Sequence record: NZ_CP044066.1
DNA length: 64,000 bases
Strand: one strand, 5' to 3'
From: a plasmid
The translations under genes were made by a program, and so were the position numbers. Shown here one piece after another: positions 1 through 9,321 of the stretch. Under the pieces are notes generated by a model that did no database searches, was not told the DNA's origin, and saw nothing but the letters and a program-made list of their open reading frames with translations. Numbering within the stretch: position 1 is the first letter of the stretch; each line of letters opens with the position of its first letter.

Positions 1-221
1 GGCATCTCGGAGGCCACCTACTCAACGGTCGGTTCCGCGACGAATGCCTGAACGAACACTGGTTTGTTTCGATGCGTCATGCCAAGACGCTGATTGAAGA
101 TTGGCGCAATGAGTACAACACCGAGCGGCCTCATAGCTCGCTCGGCCACCTAACCTCTGCGCAATTCGCTCAGGGGAAGGCAGCGTTTTTTACCCCGGAC
201 TCTAGTTGCGTTTCGTACTAA
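1..221 (+). mobile_element. 3' fragment of an IS3-family (IS407-group-like) transposase OrfB. Integrase-core C-terminus, truncated at the window edge.
   Basis: The frame-3 translation reads ...NGRFRDECLNEHWFVSMRHAKTLIEDWRNEYNTERPHSSLGHLTSAQFAQ... The RPHSSLG…P.EF motif is the hallmark C-terminus of IS3 OrfB. Stop TAA at 219-221. Immediately downstream, 'ggggcaggtca' (227-237) is the reverse complement of the TGACCTGCCCC terminus typical of IS407-like inverted repeats. Confidence 0.7.
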
Positions 222-237
222 ACCCCGGGGCAGGTCA
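222..237. repeat. Putative right terminal inverted repeat of the IS407-like element.
   Basis: Ends with ...ccccggggcaggtca, the reverse complement of TGACCTGCCCC, 16 nt after the transposase stop codon. Confidence 0.45.
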
Positions 238-356
238 TATCTTGCCCAACGGCTTGTGATGCGCCCGGCGGACTTGCCGGCTTTAGAGGCTACTACCGAC
301 CCTTGACGATAGTTTAAAGTTGTTCCCTGATTGGCCGAGTTAGGTCAAAAGTGACA

Positions 357-1361
357 TTATCTATATTGTTTTCGAGCTATATCTGAGCTGAAGGCGCTGG
401 CCGCTATACCGGAGATGACTGGGTCAGCCCGAATCAGAATCAGAATACCGTCGGCCTCAGTTCCAAGATTATCGAAAAGCGCATATTTGTTGGCATATTC
501 GATAAATGGCTCGCCCCGCTGAGTCATGCAGTTGTAAACAAGAAAAACGAGCTCTATCCAAGAAAGTTGAGCTCTAATGATTGCGATGTACTGCCACTTT
601 TCTTCTCGACTAATTATCTTCGGGTCAGATTCGTCGACCCATTTGATTAGTCGGAACAGGGTACGAAACATTCCATCGAGCTGATATCGATGTCTGTCAA
701 ATACCGTCTCGTACCCATCCCGTGCCATATTTATTGCTGTTTCCCGTTGATCTTTTGACCAGTTGGAGAAAAATAGTGGGTCTTGCGGGGTGGAAAGACT
801 ACTCCTATGTCGGCGTTGAAAAGTCGGCAACTTTTTCCCTGACTTTGAATCCTTCAGGATAACTCGCGCTGCGGTAAAGGAGCCGACGTGCATGCGTTTG
901 AGTGCATGTCGGCCGATATATATTTTTTCCGGGGCCTCGGCATTTTCATTGCTGATGGTTAGCTGAATACTATCCAAGAGCTTATGGTATGAATTCAGCC
1001 AAGAGAAAAAACTGTTTTCGAATCCCTGTTTTGCTAAGGCTTTGTTCGAGATTCGCAGCTCGCGTAGTGATGCCTGCAACTCGCGCCGTTGAAGCTTAAC
1101 TGTGACAAGCACTAAGTAAACGGTTGCTAAGCCAACTACCGGGTTGATTGTGCCACCGATAAAATCACCAAACTGCCCCCATGCTTCACCTTTCTCAGAA
1201 AATGGGAGACTAATAAAATTTAAGGCGTACGCGGCTACGACACTAATGGCGATGTATATGACGATTCGAAAGACTTCCGCCGCGGATTTGAGATCGTTCG
1301 ATCCATCCTCATCGTCCATCTCCGACAAAGTTGGAGCTCCGAATTCTCGGTCATTTTTCAT
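357..1361 (-). CDS. AT-rich gene for a two-TM membrane protein with an about 230-aa cytoplasmic domain. Possible abortive-infection-like defence protein, otherwise hypothetical.
   Basis: 334-aa ORF. Two N-terminal hydrophobic helices (FRIVIYIAISVVAAYALNFISLPF; INPVVGLATVYLVLVTV) are followed by a soluble domain. GC content is clearly lower than the flanks. It is divergent from and adjacent to the Wadjet operon, next to an IS remnant. The family assignment is from memory of 'putative phage abortive infection protein'-type architectures and is unverified. Confidence 0.5.
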   Translation of the reverse strand: MKNDREFGAPTLSEMDDEDGSNDLKSAAEVFRIVIYIAISVVAAYALNFISLPFSEKGEAWGQFGDFIGGTINPVVGLATVYLVLVTVKLQRRELQASLRELRISNKALAKQGFENSFFSWLNSYHKLLDSIQLTISNENAEAPEKIYIGRHALKRMHVGSFTAARVILKDSKSGKKLPTFQRRHRSSLSTPQDPLFFSNWSKDQRETAINMARDGYETVFDRHRYQLDGMFRTLFRLIKWVDESDPKIISREEKWQYIAIIRAQLSWIELVFLVYNCMTQRGEPFIEYANKYALFDNLGTEADGILILIRADPVISGIAASAFSSDIARKQYR

Positions 1362-1776
1362 GTCGAGTATTTATGATTGAGTCGAGGCGAGAATATTGAC
1401 CGATGGTGAAGGCTCATACCCCGCTGAAGAGGGGGTGTACGGCTGATGCAAAGATTCTATTTCGGCGAGTGGTTGAATTAACCCACTATGCCAAAAAAAG
1501 CACGCGGCATATCATTCAACGGCTTGAGCGTCCGGACACCGCGTCACTATGGTCATGAGTTCTGCTACTGCTAGTCTTGCACCGCCTTCGCATACTACTG
1601 TTCCGACGAGAATGTGTCAGAACCCCCATTTCTACCAACGCCAGTCCACTTTGGGTCGGACTAGCTGCGGCTGATTGTTAACGTCTTTCGGCCGCTGGGG
1701 AAGGTGAAGCGTAACGGCTGTTCATGGCCGACGTGAGCCGGCCGAGCTAAGGATCGCTAATGGAGAAGCGATTCAA

Positions 1777-1786
1777 GGGGGGGGGG
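1777..1786. repeat. Homopolymeric G10 tract in the jetA upstream intergenic region.
   Basis: 'caaGGGGGGGGGGtgac' lies about 310 bp upstream of the jetA start, in the 730-bp divergent intergenic region. Confidence 0.9.
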
Positions 1787-2093
1787 TGACATGGAGAGTG
1801 TAGTCCGAAGGTTGAAATAACATTCCAAACTTCGCACCGCATTTAACATAAATTGCGTACTTTAGCCCGACGGGCACCGCAAACGGTCGGGGTTGGAGGT
1901 GGGTAGCCACACGATGCCGCCGGGAGTGAACTTGAGGGCTCTCTCAACTGTTGCGCTTTTACCGCGGGGGTATTGGTCCCCCCTTCGTGGGCTTGCCTCT
2001 ATCGGGAGTCGCCTAGATACTGCGCAGCACCGCGCTGCGGAAAACCAAGCGCGCAAACCATTCGATTTGTACGTCGTTTCCCTTGATACCGCG

Positions 2094-3593
2094 ATGGACT
2101 TTGATTGGAAGCAACGGACGAATCAGTATGTCCAAGCCAGGCGCCAGCATCCTGCCTGGCTGCTGCTCGCTGCGCGCAGCGCGCCTTTGGTGCTTAGCTG
2201 TCTTCAGACTCTTTTCGAAAAAGATCATGACGGCATTGCTATTGAAGAGGCAGAACTCGCGCTGGCCGCGATGCTTGAGGAGCATGCCAACGCAGAGGAG
2301 TTCGGAGTAGACCCCGAAGGGGACTTCGCGGGCCAAGCGCGGAAGGAATTGCGCGGCTGGATCCGACGCTCTCTCGTGATTGAGCGTGAAGGGCGAGTTT
2401 ACGCTACCGACGCCCTCGAGGAGGCACTCCGGTTTGTTGCGGCTCTCGGCGGTCGGCTTATGACATCGACGGCTTCCCGACTATCGATCGTGCAACGAGA
2501 GATTGAGAACCTCGAGTCGAGTCTTAACCCTGACCCCCGCACCAGAGAGAGATACCTTCAGCGCAAGATCCGGGACCTCGAGAGCGAGTTGCAAGACGTT
2601 CGTGCAGGCAATCTCAAGGTACTTAACCAGTCGGAGGCTGTTGAGGCGATCCGCGAAATTTATAGCCTCGCCACAAGCCTGCGTTCCGACTTCAGGCGGG
2701 TGGAGGACTCGTACCGAGAGGCGGACATGGCGCTGCGCCAATCCATTGTCAGCGAGCGCAGCCATCGTGGAGAGATTGTCGATAAGCTCCTCGATGGTCA
2801 TGACGAGTTGCTGGAGACCGCCGAGGGAAAGGTCTTTCGTGGCTTTCAGCAACAACTCGGCCGTACGGTAGAGTTGGATTTCATGAAGCATCGTCTGCGA
2901 TTGATTGTGAAACATCCAGCTACACGGTCTGCTCTGAATGCTCAACAGGAGAATGAACTCAGATGGCTCATCATTCGTCTGGTTGATGAATCTGCTGCTG
3001 TCATCCGTGCGCGGGCGCGCAGTGAGCGCGACGTCAAGGGTTTTCTCAGAACGGGCCTAGCCGCTGAACACCATCGCGTGGGAGATTTGCTTGGCGAAGT
3101 ATTCCAGCAGGCTTTGCTAGTCGACTGGAAGAGCGCGGCGGTACGGGGTGCAGATAGTCCTTTACCACCTGTTGGGTTGTCGCTAGGCGGATTGCCTGTG
3201 GTTGAACGCTTGCGCTTCAAAGTGTTTAGCGACGATGAGGGTGAGGCGCTCGAACTGAATGCCCAGCGTATGGACATAGCAGCGATTGACGACGAATTCT
3301 GGGATGCATTTGACGGACTTGACCGGCAAGCGCTCTGGGACAGCACGGTCGCATTGCTTTCCCAGCGCGGCGAGCGCTTGGCGATAAGTGAGTTGGCCTC
3401 ATCCCTGCCGCCGACACATGACCTTGAAACCATCGCACTCTGGCTAAGCATGGCCCGCCACGCCGATGCTCCGGTGGGGGTGAAGCGCGAGAGCGTCGAT
3501 GTCGAAGGGCATGATGGTCTGCTGCTTCGATTTGACGTGCCCATGATTGAACTCGGCATTGAGCATCTCCGCGACCTAGACATGGAGCTGTAG
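2094..3593 (+). CDS. jetA: Wadjet JetA (MksF/MukF-like kleisin, DUF3375 family).
   Basis: 500 aa from the ATG at 2094 (MDFDWKQRTNQYVQARRQHPAWLLLAARSAPLVLSCL...). This N-terminus and the length match JetA. It is the first gene of a four-gene overlapping operon with sizes 500/251/1107/387 aa, the Wadjet signature. The ORF-track start at 1893 adds an Arg/Pro-rich N-terminal extension that is unlikely to be real. Confidence 0.75.
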   Translation: MDFDWKQRTNQYVQARRQHPAWLLLAARSAPLVLSCLQTLFEKDHDGIAIEEAELALAAMLEEHANAEEFGVDPEGDFAGQARKELRGWIRRSLVIEREGRVYATDALEEALRFVAALGGRLMTSTASRLSIVQREIENLESSLNPDPRTRERYLQRKIRDLESELQDVRAGNLKVLNQSEAVEAIREIYSLATSLRSDFRRVEDSYREADMALRQSIVSERSHRGEIVDKLLDGHDELLETAEGKVFRGFQQQLGRTVELDFMKHRLRLIVKHPATRSALNAQQENELRWLIIRLVDESAAVIRARARSERDVKGFLRTGLAAEHHRVGDLLGEVFQQALLVDWKSAAVRGADSPLPPVGLSLGGLPVVERLRFKVFSDDEGEALELNAQRMDIAAIDDEFWDAFDGLDRQALWDSTVALLSQRGERLAISELASSLPPTHDLETIALWLSMARHADAPVGVKRESVDVEGHDGLLLRFDVPMIELGIEHLRDLDMEL

Positions 3594-3596
3594 CAG

Positions 3597-4352
3597 ATGA
3601 GCATTTTCGACACCATTGCAGCGCGTGTGAGCGTTGACGAAGCGCCAGGTGATGGGGCTCTCTCTGCGCTGGTGGAACTGCAAACTACGCAGGCCGATAC
3701 AACACTCCAGGCTGACACAGGCTATACGCCGCGGGAGGTCAAGGATGCCTGCCAGGAGCTCCTTAAATATGGCCTGCTGGAAGTCGCGAGAAAGCCCAAC
3801 CTCTACCGGACGGCGCTGGCCAAGACGGCTGAGGTGAATCGCATCCTTGAACCCTTCGATCTCGTGGTCAAGATTGACGATATCAGGGGCTTGGCATACC
3901 TCATCGTTGCCCAACCGATCTTCGCGGAAGGCGAGGATGAATGGTCGCATCCTCTGGTAAGAAGGCAGCGACTGACGCTCGAGCAATCGTTAATGGTAGC
4001 TCTCCTTCGCCAGCAATATCTGATCTTCGAGCAGGAGCGGGGTGTCGGGGCGGCCGATGCGCCCATAGCGGTTGAGGACTTGGTACCGCAGTTGCAGATT
4101 TACCTCGGCAACCTCGGCAGTGATACGCGCGAGCTGCAGCGTGCCCGGACATTGCTGGAGAAGCTCAAGGTGCATGCCCTGGTTTCCGAGATCGATCAAC
4201 AAGACCAATTCGTCATCCGACCTATCATCGTGCATTTGGCCAACCCCGAAAGCCTCCAGGGTTTATTGACCGCGCTCAAAGACGTCGGGACCGCCGCGTC
4301 ACCGCGGGCAGACGACCCTGCCGCTGCATGCGTGCAAGAGGAAAATCGATGA
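3597..4352 (+). CDS. jetB: Wadjet JetB (MksE/MukE-like, DUF4194 family).
   Basis: 251 aa, acidic. Starts 4 nt after the jetA stop, and its stop overlaps the jetC start (ATGA). Size and position fit JetB. Confidence 0.75.
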   Translation: MSIFDTIAARVSVDEAPGDGALSALVELQTTQADTTLQADTGYTPREVKDACQELLKYGLLEVARKPNLYRTALAKTAEVNRILEPFDLVVKIDDIRGLAYLIVAQPIFAEGEDEWSHPLVRRQRLTLEQSLMVALLRQQYLIFEQERGVGAADAPIAVEDLVPQLQIYLGNLGSDTRELQRARTLLEKLKVHALVSEIDQQDQFVIRPIIVHLANPESLQGLLTALKDVGTAASPRADDPAAACVQEENR

Positions 4353-7300
4353 CCTCGGTCGATTCGCACACCTCGATTGAGGCTCTGGTGCCCGACGCAG
4401 CCTTCGTGTTGACACGTTTGGATGTATTTAACTGGGGCCCGTTTGGTGGCCGTCACCAAGCCGAGATCGATATTGAAGGCACGGCGATTATCGGCCAGAC
4501 AGGTAGCGGAAAGACGACCCTCGTGGATGCGCTGATGACATTGATTGCCGCGCAACCGCGCTACAACTTGGCATCAACGGGCGGCCACGAGAGTGATCGT
4601 GATCTCGTGTCGTACGTGCGCGGTGTTTCGGGCGCTGGGCGAAGTGGTGAAACAGACCACATCGCGCGGCCAGGCAAGACTGTTTCGGGCATCTCGGCGA
4701 CTTTTGCCAATGGCAGCCGCACCGTGACCATCGCGGGGATCTTTGCCCTCGACGGCACCGGTTCATCAGCGACAGATCTCGACCGCGTTTGGCTCATCTC
4801 CAAAGCGGCGGAGTCGGACCTCGACGAGTGGTTGGAAACAATGCATGCCGGTGGCAAGCGTGCGCTCCGGCAGCTCGAGCGAGATATTGCCGAACTGCGC
4901 ATCTATGACAGTAAGAAGGCATATGTAGCGGAATTGCGTCGCTATTTCGAAGTGGGCGAGAATGCCTTCACGTTGTTGAACCGCGCGGCGGGCCTCAAGC
5001 AGCTCAACAGCATCGACGAGTTGTTCAGGGAACTCGTCTTGGATGACCGCGCGGCATTTCAGCGAGCTCAGGAGGTCGCATCTGAGTTTGATGATCTGGC
5101 GGCAATTCGCGAGGAGCTTGCCATTGCCCGCAAGCAGCGAGATTCCCTCCTGCCCATCCAGAAAAGTTGGGATCAACGCATCGAAGCAGCGGCAGCGCTC
5201 GACTTGCATCGACAACTTGCCGCCATACTTCCTGTGTCAGTGGCAATCCGAGGGCACAGGCTCTGGGCGGAAGTTGAGCGTCGCCTTGGGGAGGAGCTTG
5301 AGAGTTGCAATGCACAAGTGGCTTCGCTCACTGCTCGCGTGCGTGGACTTGAAAGCGATGCAGAGCACCAACGTGATCTGTACATTCAAAGTGGAGGGGC
5401 AAACGTCGAACTCTTGGAGCAGACAATCGACGCTGCGCGAGGACGCTACGAAATCGTCAGGCGCAATGCTCAGGACTACGCTCGGATGACGGCATCGCTT
5501 CAGCAGGTACCAGCCAGCACGCAGGACGATTTCATCGCTGATCAGGCGAGGTTGAGAACTCAGGCCAGCGATGATGAGGCGTCGCGGATCGATCTTGAGA
5601 ATCAGGCATTTGCTGCCGGGGCCATGGTGACTTCGACACGAGCATTGCGAGGCGAGCGGGAGCGTTCTCTATCGGAAGCCCAAGCAAGGCCCGGCTCCAA
5701 TGTGCCCATCCCGTATCAGAAGTTTCGCCTGGAGCTCGCAGACCACCTGAATCTGCATGAAGCGTCGCTACCATATGTCGCTGAGCTTGTGCAGGTGCAG
5801 GAGAAGCAAGCGCATTGGCGGGGCGCGATTGAGCGTGCCATTGGTGGTCACCGACTGCGAATTTTGGTGCGGGTTGACCACATACGCGAGGCGCTTGCTT
5901 GGGTGAACGGACGCGACAACAAGATCCATGTGCGGTTGATTAAAGTCGCCGGGACGGAGCGCCCTGCGCCTGCGTTTGAAAACGGATTCACACGAAAGCT
6001 AAATTTCAAAGAGCATCCGTACCAAGACGCGGTACGAGCGCTCCTGGTCGGGTTCGACCGACATTGCGTTGCCTCCCCGGAGGCATTACGCGAAACGCCG
6101 CACGGCATGACGGCCCAAGGTTTGATGTCGGGCAAAGACGGGCTCTTCGAGAAGCAGGATCTCAAGCCGCTCAACGAAGGCTGGCTTACCGGCTTCGACA
6201 ACAGCGATAGCGTCGCTGCGCTAGAGCGAGATCTCGAAGAGGTTCTGCGGGATCTGAAGACACAGGAGGCGCAGTTGGAGGTGGCACGTGCCCGGGTCAG
6301 CACGGCGACCGCACGCAAAGCTACACGGGAGCGACTATTGTCCTTGACGTTCGAGGACATCGACGTTGTCCACGTGAAGACAGCGCTCGATCGGGCGCTT
6401 GCGCAATTGGCTGCGCTTACAAGTGCGCATTCGGATACGACGCAAGCGAAAAAGCAGTGGGAAGCCACTAAGCAAGAACTCGAGAAGACGAGGAGCGAAC
6501 GAGACGATAGTCTTGGTGTTCAGGGCAATCTGATATTAGGACAGAAGAACGCGTCGACCGATCGACAGCGCATGTTCGCACTGATTGGTGAGGGCCTTGA
6601 TGCAACGCAAATGGCGTTGGCCCAGGAACATTTTGACCTAGAACGTATTGGTACTATCGAGGACCTTCAGCACCGCCACGCGAAAATTGCGGGGGACTTG
6701 CATCAGCAAGTGGAGCAGCTTACCAAGAGGATTACGGAACTCGAGAGGCAACTGGTACGCGGCATGGGGGCGGCCCAGACGATTGATACGGGGGCGCTTG
6801 CAGAAGTCGGTACAGACCTCGAGGATGTCCCGCACTACCTCGCGCGCCTCAAGATCTTGATTGAAGAGGCGCTGCCAGAGAAGCAGGATCGATTCATCAG
6901 CTATCTGAACCAGTCGTCTGATGAAGGCGTCACGCAACTGCTGCGGAGCATCGACAACGAAGTGGAGACGATCACCGAGCGAATCGCTGACCTCAATGAC
7001 ACGATGCGCAGAGTGAATTTCCAACATGATCGATATCTCAGGCTCGAGCCAAGGCGGGTCGTCCATGAAAGCTTACGCACCCTTGAGCAGGCCCAACGCC
7101 ATCTGCGCTCTACGATGTTGGTGGATGATCTGGGAGAGAGCCAATTTGCCGCGTTGTCGCGAATTGTGGCGTTGCTCAAGGAAGCTGCCGAGCGGCGTAC
7201 GACCGTGGGATCCCGCGCGCTGCTCGATCCGCGCTACAGACTTCAGTTTTCTGTCTCAGTCATTGCGCGCGGGTCCGGAGAGGTTGTTGAAACGCGTACC

Positions 7301-7672
7301 GGATCTCAAGGCGGTAGTGGCGGCGAGAAAGAGATCATCGCGAGCTATATTCTCACCGCGTCTCTCAGCTACGCCCTATGTCCTGAAGGCAAGGATCGAC
7401 CGCTCTTCGGCACGATCGTTCTGGACGAGGCATTCTCAAAGAGCTCACAGGCAGTGGCGGGACGCATCATTTCTGCGCTCCGTGAGTTCGGGCTACATCC
7501 GCTTTTTGTGACGCCGAACAAGGAGATGCGTTTGCTGCGTGCGCATACACGCTCTGCCGTGCTGGTTCACCGGCGCGGCTTACAGGCGACGATGACCTCG
7601 TTAAGTTGGGAGGAGTTGGACACGTTCGCCAAAGCAAGGCAACAGGCGGATCGGGATGAAGTCGCCAGTTGA
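4349..7672 (+). CDS. jetC: Wadjet JetC (MksB/MukB-like SMC-family ATPase, DUF3584).
   Basis: About 1107 aa. N-terminal Walker A (IIGQTGSGKTTLVDALMTL). Long central coiled-coil region rich in E/R/L/A. C-terminal Walker B / D-loop (TIVLDEAFSKSSQ). Start chosen at the ATG at 4349 overlapping the jetB stop; an in-frame ATG at 4328 is an alternative. Confidence 0.8.
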   Translation: MTSVDSHTSIEALVPDAAFVLTRLDVFNWGPFGGRHQAEIDIEGTAIIGQTGSGKTTLVDALMTLIAAQPRYNLASTGGHESDRDLVSYVRGVSGAGRSGETDHIARPGKTVSGISATFANGSRTVTIAGIFALDGTGSSATDLDRVWLISKAAESDLDEWLETMHAGGKRALRQLERDIAELRIYDSKKAYVAELRRYFEVGENAFTLLNRAAGLKQLNSIDELFRELVLDDRAAFQRAQEVASEFDDLAAIREELAIARKQRDSLLPIQKSWDQRIEAAAALDLHRQLAAILPVSVAIRGHRLWAEVERRLGEELESCNAQVASLTARVRGLESDAEHQRDLYIQSGGANVELLEQTIDAARGRYEIVRRNAQDYARMTASLQQVPASTQDDFIADQARLRTQASDDEASRIDLENQAFAAGAMVTSTRALRGERERSLSEAQARPGSNVPIPYQKFRLELADHLNLHEASLPYVAELVQVQEKQAHWRGAIERAIGGHRLRILVRVDHIREALAWVNGRDNKIHVRLIKVAGTERPAPAFENGFTRKLNFKEHPYQDAVRALLVGFDRHCVASPEALRETPHGMTAQGLMSGKDGLFEKQDLKPLNEGWLTGFDNSDSVAALERDLEEVLRDLKTQEAQLEVARARVSTATARKATRERLLSLTFEDIDVVHVKTALDRALAQLAALTSAHSDTTQAKKQWEATKQELEKTRSERDDSLGVQGNLILGQKNASTDRQRMFALIGEGLDATQMALAQEHFDLERIGTIEDLQHRHAKIAGDLHQQVEQLTKRITELERQLVRGMGAAQTIDTGALAEVGTDLEDVPHYLARLKILIEEALPEKQDRFISYLNQSSDEGVTQLLRSIDNEVETITERIADLNDTMRRVNFQHDRYLRLEPRRVVHESLRTLEQAQRHLRSTMLVDDLGESQFAALSRIVALLKEAAERRTTVGSRALLDPRYRLQFSVSVIARGSGEVVETRTGSQGGSGGEKEIIASYILTASLSYALCPEGKDRPLFGTIVLDEAFSKSSQAVAGRIISALREFGLHPLFVTPNKEMRLLRAHTRSAVLVHRRGLQATMTSLSWEELDTFAKARQQADRDEVAS

Positions 7673-8819
7673 ACTGGGTGCGCGGCTGGCACGAGCTTGG
7701 CAGTCTGCCGAGACGCGTGTGGCGCGCTTGCTAAGCGCCGATGCCTGGCCCATTCGTCTTGCGATCGGGCGGCCTGACGCCAAGACGTTCAGCAGCGACA
7801 CGCTCGCAGTGAAGCAGCACATCGAGCTCTGGCGTAGTGTGGAAGTAGGGGTGGTCCAATGGGAGACGGTGACATATCGTGCGGGCCGAGAGCCAGTTGA
7901 GATCCCCCGATACTGGGAAATCAGAACGCCGACGGAATGGGTGGGCGCCGCGGCGGATGAGACCATTCTCCGTGAGTTTCAGCGCTTGGGTGAGGCCGTA
8001 CAGCGTCTTGATGCAGACTTCCATGCATTGGTGGTACGTCAACGGCGATGGGCGGTAGAGTTATCCGAAGAGGAACTGGCCAAGGTCGGGGAGGTCGCAT
8101 TGACGCTTGGGCGAGGCATGGCGGCAGGGCGTCCGATCCGCGCGATAGCTGTATGCGGTATCGATAGCAAGTTCATTGAGCGTAATCGCACGCTCTTGTG
8201 CCAGATGCTCGATCTTCGTTTTGACGGCCTTGTGTCTGAAATAGGTCTCGAAGCATTCTTGGGCGCGATCGACGAGGATGATCGGTGGTTATTGGTTGTG
8301 CCACTGACTGCCGGAATCTTGCCTTTTCGCCAGCAACGCATTCGTGCCAGTGAGCTTGAGGGACTGCCGGGTACCGTGAAACACGTGGTGATTGTGGAGA
8401 ACGAACGAGCGCTATATCAGCTTCCGACTTTGCCGCATGCAGTGGCGATCCTTGGCGCAGGCCTGAGCTTGAATTGGGTGCGGGATCCGTGGTTGGATGG
8501 CAAACGGGTGGCCTATTGGGGGGATATGGATACCTGGGGCCTTACCATGCTGGCAACAGTGAGACGAGCCATACCCGATTTGGCCTCCATATTGATGGCC
8601 AAGCAATGCTTCGATAGGTATTCGGAGCTGTCCGTACGAGAACCCGTACCTGCTGGTGACAGCGTCCCTGCGGGTCTGACGATGTCGGAGGCTGAGTTCT
8701 ATCAATTCCTGCTTCTGCAGGAGCGAGGCCGGCTGGAACAGGAATTCCTCCCATCGGACGCGGTGCATACTGCTTTCTGGCAGTGGTACGGCGGCGAGAG
8801 CAACGGAGTGGGCTCCTGA
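7656..8819 (+). CDS. jetD: Wadjet JetD (Toprim/Topo VI-A-like nuclease subunit, DUF2220).
   Basis: 387 aa, overlapping the jetC 3' end by 17 nt. The C-terminal half carries a Toprim signature: the acidic E in VVIVENERALYQL and DxD in AYWGDMDTWG. Confidence 0.8.
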   Translation: MKSPVELGARLARAWQSAETRVARLLSADAWPIRLAIGRPDAKTFSSDTLAVKQHIELWRSVEVGVVQWETVTYRAGREPVEIPRYWEIRTPTEWVGAAADETILREFQRLGEAVQRLDADFHALVVRQRRWAVELSEEELAKVGEVALTLGRGMAAGRPIRAIAVCGIDSKFIERNRTLLCQMLDLRFDGLVSEIGLEAFLGAIDEDDRWLLVVPLTAGILPFRQQRIRASELEGLPGTVKHVVIVENERALYQLPTLPHAVAILGAGLSLNWVRDPWLDGKRVAYWGDMDTWGLTMLATVRRAIPDLASILMAKQCFDRYSELSVREPVPAGDSVPAGLTMSEAEFYQFLLLQERGRLEQEFLPSDAVHTAFWQWYGGESNGVGS

Positions 8820-9321
8820 TAGTATTCTGTCCAAAGAAGGCCGTAGGGCATCGTTTCGTGAGGGTGCCGAGTGTGCTCGTTCATTGCGGAGTCGGAATCG
8901 CTTTTCAATCCGGCCCATCCGAACGCCATCAAGGCATCATGAAGCTGTGGGCGCGGTGCATGGCCCGCGCAACATCTGGTTACTCTCGGAGTCCGGGCTT
9001 AGATTTTTATAGGCTGTAGATTAGTTCGCGATGAAAACTGAGGCATCCCCAAGGATGCATTCGATCCGTGCGTATCCAAAGTGGCCCTTAACGGGTTTCC
9101 ATTCTTGATTCAGTGGGTTTCTCCCGCCCTTCCGGAGAACCTTATTCCACGAGGCCTCGCGGTGCGGGTTGCACGCGTCTCCCACACGGGTAGCTTCTAT
9201 CGCAACGCCTTGACGACTCGGGTACACCCTTCGAAAAATTATTAAGGCTCGCTCGCTTATAGATTCGTTGTCGCATGCGTGCTAGATTTGTCAGCTTTGA
9301 TGCGTTAAGTTGAGGTCTCCT

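Noticed and set aside
2942-3718. 258-aa Ser/Arg-rich minus-strand ORF inside jetA.
   Set aside because: Low-complexity composition, antisense to a motif-supported gene. GC-frame artefact.
9021-9227. 68-aa minus-strand ORF between jetD and the HEPN gene.
   Set aside because: No SD and no motif. It lies in the promoter region of the HEPN gene. Kept as non-coding.
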